A program made the position numbers and the translations under genes. A stretch of 64,000 nt of DNA from Flavobacteriales bacterium UBA7690 (lineage in GTDB: Bacteria; Bacteroidota; Bacteroidia; Flavobacteriales_F; PHOS-HE28): positions 22,729-86,728 of the forward strand of contig DLGQ01000002.1 in the NCBI GenBank assembly GCA_002482775.1. The letters run 5' to 3'. Position 1 is the stretch's first letter, and every line of letters begins with the position of its first letter. This document shows, piece by piece, positions 62,950 through 64,000 of the stretch. The notes beneath the pieces were generated by a model that was given only the letters and a program-made list of their open reading frames with translations, ran no database searches and was not told the origin of the DNA.

Positions 62950-63432
62950 ATGAACACGTGGACCATCATCGCGATCATCGCCGCCACCTTCGTGGTGATG
63001 GAAGGTGTGGCTTGGGCCACGCACAAATACGTGATGCACGGCTTCCTGTGGCACTTGCACGCCGATCACCACAAGAAGGACCACTACGGTTTCCTGGAAC
63101 GTAACGATAGCTTCTTCCTGATCTTCGCTGTGCCGTCCATGGCGCTCTTCGCCGTGGGCAGTTACCAAGGCTTGCACACGCCTTGGCTGTGGATCGGCCT
63201 CGGCATCCTGGTCTATGGCATCGCGTACTTCTTCGTCCACGAGGTCTTCATCCACCAGCGCATCAAGTGGCTGCGGAACACCAAGAGCCCCTATTTCCTT
63301 GGCATCCGCAAGGCGCACAAGATCCACCACAAGCACTTGGGCAAGGAGGATGGTGAGTGTTTTGGTATGTTGTGGGTGCCGTTGAAGTACTTCCGCGAGG
63401 CGCGCAAGGCACTGTCGAACCAGGCGAACTGA
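62950..63432 (+). CDS. crtZ: beta-carotene hydroxylase
   Basis: His motifs HKYVMHG, HADHHK, HEVFIHQR and HKIHHKH in a 160-aa membrane protein. Confidence 0.85.
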   Translation: MNTWTIIAIIAATFVVMEGVAWATHKYVMHGFLWHLHADHHKKDHYGFLERNDSFFLIFAVPSMALFAVGSYQGLHTPWLWIGLGILVYGIAYFFVHEVFIHQRIKWLRNTKSPYFLGIRKAHKIHHKHLGKEDGECFGMLWVPLKYFREARKALSNQAN

Positions 63433-63447
63433 CACCAACACCCGGCT

Positions 63448-63479
63448 GTTGATCCCAGCACACCCCGCAACGGATCAAC
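63448..63479 (+). terminator. hairpin after crtZ (GTTGATCC-16 nt-GGATCAAC)
   Basis: 8-bp perfect inverted repeat 16 nt after the crtZ stop. No T-run follows. Confidence 0.3.
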
Positions 63480-63493
63480 GGGAACCCCGGTCC

Positions 63494-63501
63494 TACCTTT
63501 G
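63494..63501 (+). promoter_or_regulatory. -7 box TACCTTTG
   Basis: TAnnTTTG match 19 nt upstream of ATG 63521. It shares the 13-mer TACCTTTGATCGC with 9914-9926. Confidence 0.4.
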
Positions 63502-63520
63502 ATCGCACCGCAACGCGGCC

Positions 63521-64000
63521 ATGGGCATGAGCGATCAACTGCAACGTATCGGGAGCTACTTGGGCCATCTGGTGAAGGCGCGCAACCGGCATGGCGTACA
63601 CAGCCCCTTCGTGTACGACCTGATCACGCATGTACTGAGGCCCACCACCGACCTACCGGAATTCGCGACCATCGAAGCGCTGCGCGAAGACCTGCTGGAC
63701 AGTGAGCATACCATCCGCGTGAACGACCTCGGCGCAGGGTCCCGGGTGTTCGATATGCCCAGCCGCGCCGTTGCCGACATCGCGAAGAGCGCCTTGAAGC
63801 CAGCCGCACAAGCACAGCTGCTCTTCCGCGCGGCACGTTACTTCCAAGCACGGCAGGTACTGGAGCTCGGCACGTCGTTCGGCATCACCACGCTTTACCT
63901 CGCCTTGGGTGCTGATGAAGGCACGGTGCATACGTTGGAAGGTTGTCCGCAAACGATGCGGATCGCGCAGCACCATTTCGATCACCTGAAGCAGCGCAAC
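63521..64000 (+). CDS. class I SAM-dependent (O-)methyltransferase, 3' end beyond the window
   Basis: Not in the track because no stop lies before the edge. My translation, MGMSDQLQRIGSYL...VLELGTSFGITTLYLA..., contains motif I and stays open for 160 codons to base 64000. Confidence 0.6.
   Translation, partial: MGMSDQLQRIGSYLGHLVKARNRHGVHSPFVYDLITHVLRPTTDLPEFATIEALREDLLDSEHTIRVNDLGAGSRVFDMPSRAVADIAKSALKPAAQAQLLFRAARYFQARQVLELGTSFGITTLYLALGADEGTVHTLEGCPQTMRIAQHHFDHLKQRN

Noticed and set aside
62365-63441. 358-aa minus-strand ORF opposite the SRPBCC and crtZ genes, and 62037-62381 opposite the small ORFs
   Set aside because: They lie antisense to a tightly coupled plus-strand operon. The 62037-62381 ORF would have to ignore the clear paralogy and synonymous-substitution pattern of the two plus-strand 53-codon ORFs.

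Overview
GC-rich chromosomal segment from a Bacteroidota bacterium. The assignment rests on the type IX secretion/gliding genes porV-porU, porP/sprF and gldJ, on several proteins ending in T9SS C-terminal sorting domains, on TAnnTTTG-type -7 promoter boxes, and on little Shine-Dalgarno signal. I call about 57 protein-coding genes, one nonsense-interrupted pseudogene and two tRNA-Val genes. Left to right the window holds: a Wzy/Wzz/Wzx polysaccharide block (298-5249); a PhyH dioxygenase plus an SDR; a Lys/Ala-rich histone H1-like gene; a GT4 glycosyltransferase; rnhB; a large membrane-anchored protein with a beta-propeller-like C-terminus; a truncated haemoglobin; a LysM glucosaminidase; three T9SS cargo genes flanking hutU, two of which carry unusual 4-Cys repeats and PKD domains; an ECF sigma / TM-linker-beta-barrel pair; ppa; pheT; an ether-lipid-like pair (fatty-acid hydroxylase plus YhhN lysoplasmalogenase); recG; pdhA-E2; cdd; VTC plus DUF4956; ispF; the T9SS/gliding core; murF; an acyl-CoA dehydrogenase; anmK; an amino-acid dehydrogenase; exbB-exbD-exbD-tonB; folC; two tRNA-Val genes; and a tightly packed carotenoid/photolyase operon headed by an ECF sigma (sigma-crtI-crtB-idi-photolyase-two untracked 53-codon ORFs-SRPBCC-crtZ). 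No transposase, integrase, CRISPR array or recognisable defence system is visible. Most of the very long extra ORFs in the track are antisense or out-of-frame shadows, as expected in GC-rich DNA. The most unusual items are the tandem small ORFs in the light-response operon, the 4-Cys-repeat cargo proteins with their sigma/beta-barrel neighbours, a REP-like palindrome read in frame inside hutU, mirrored -7 boxes in two divergent intergenic regions, and an in-frame TAA in a JmjC/cupin gene. All functional calls come from motif recognition by eye; no database search was run.
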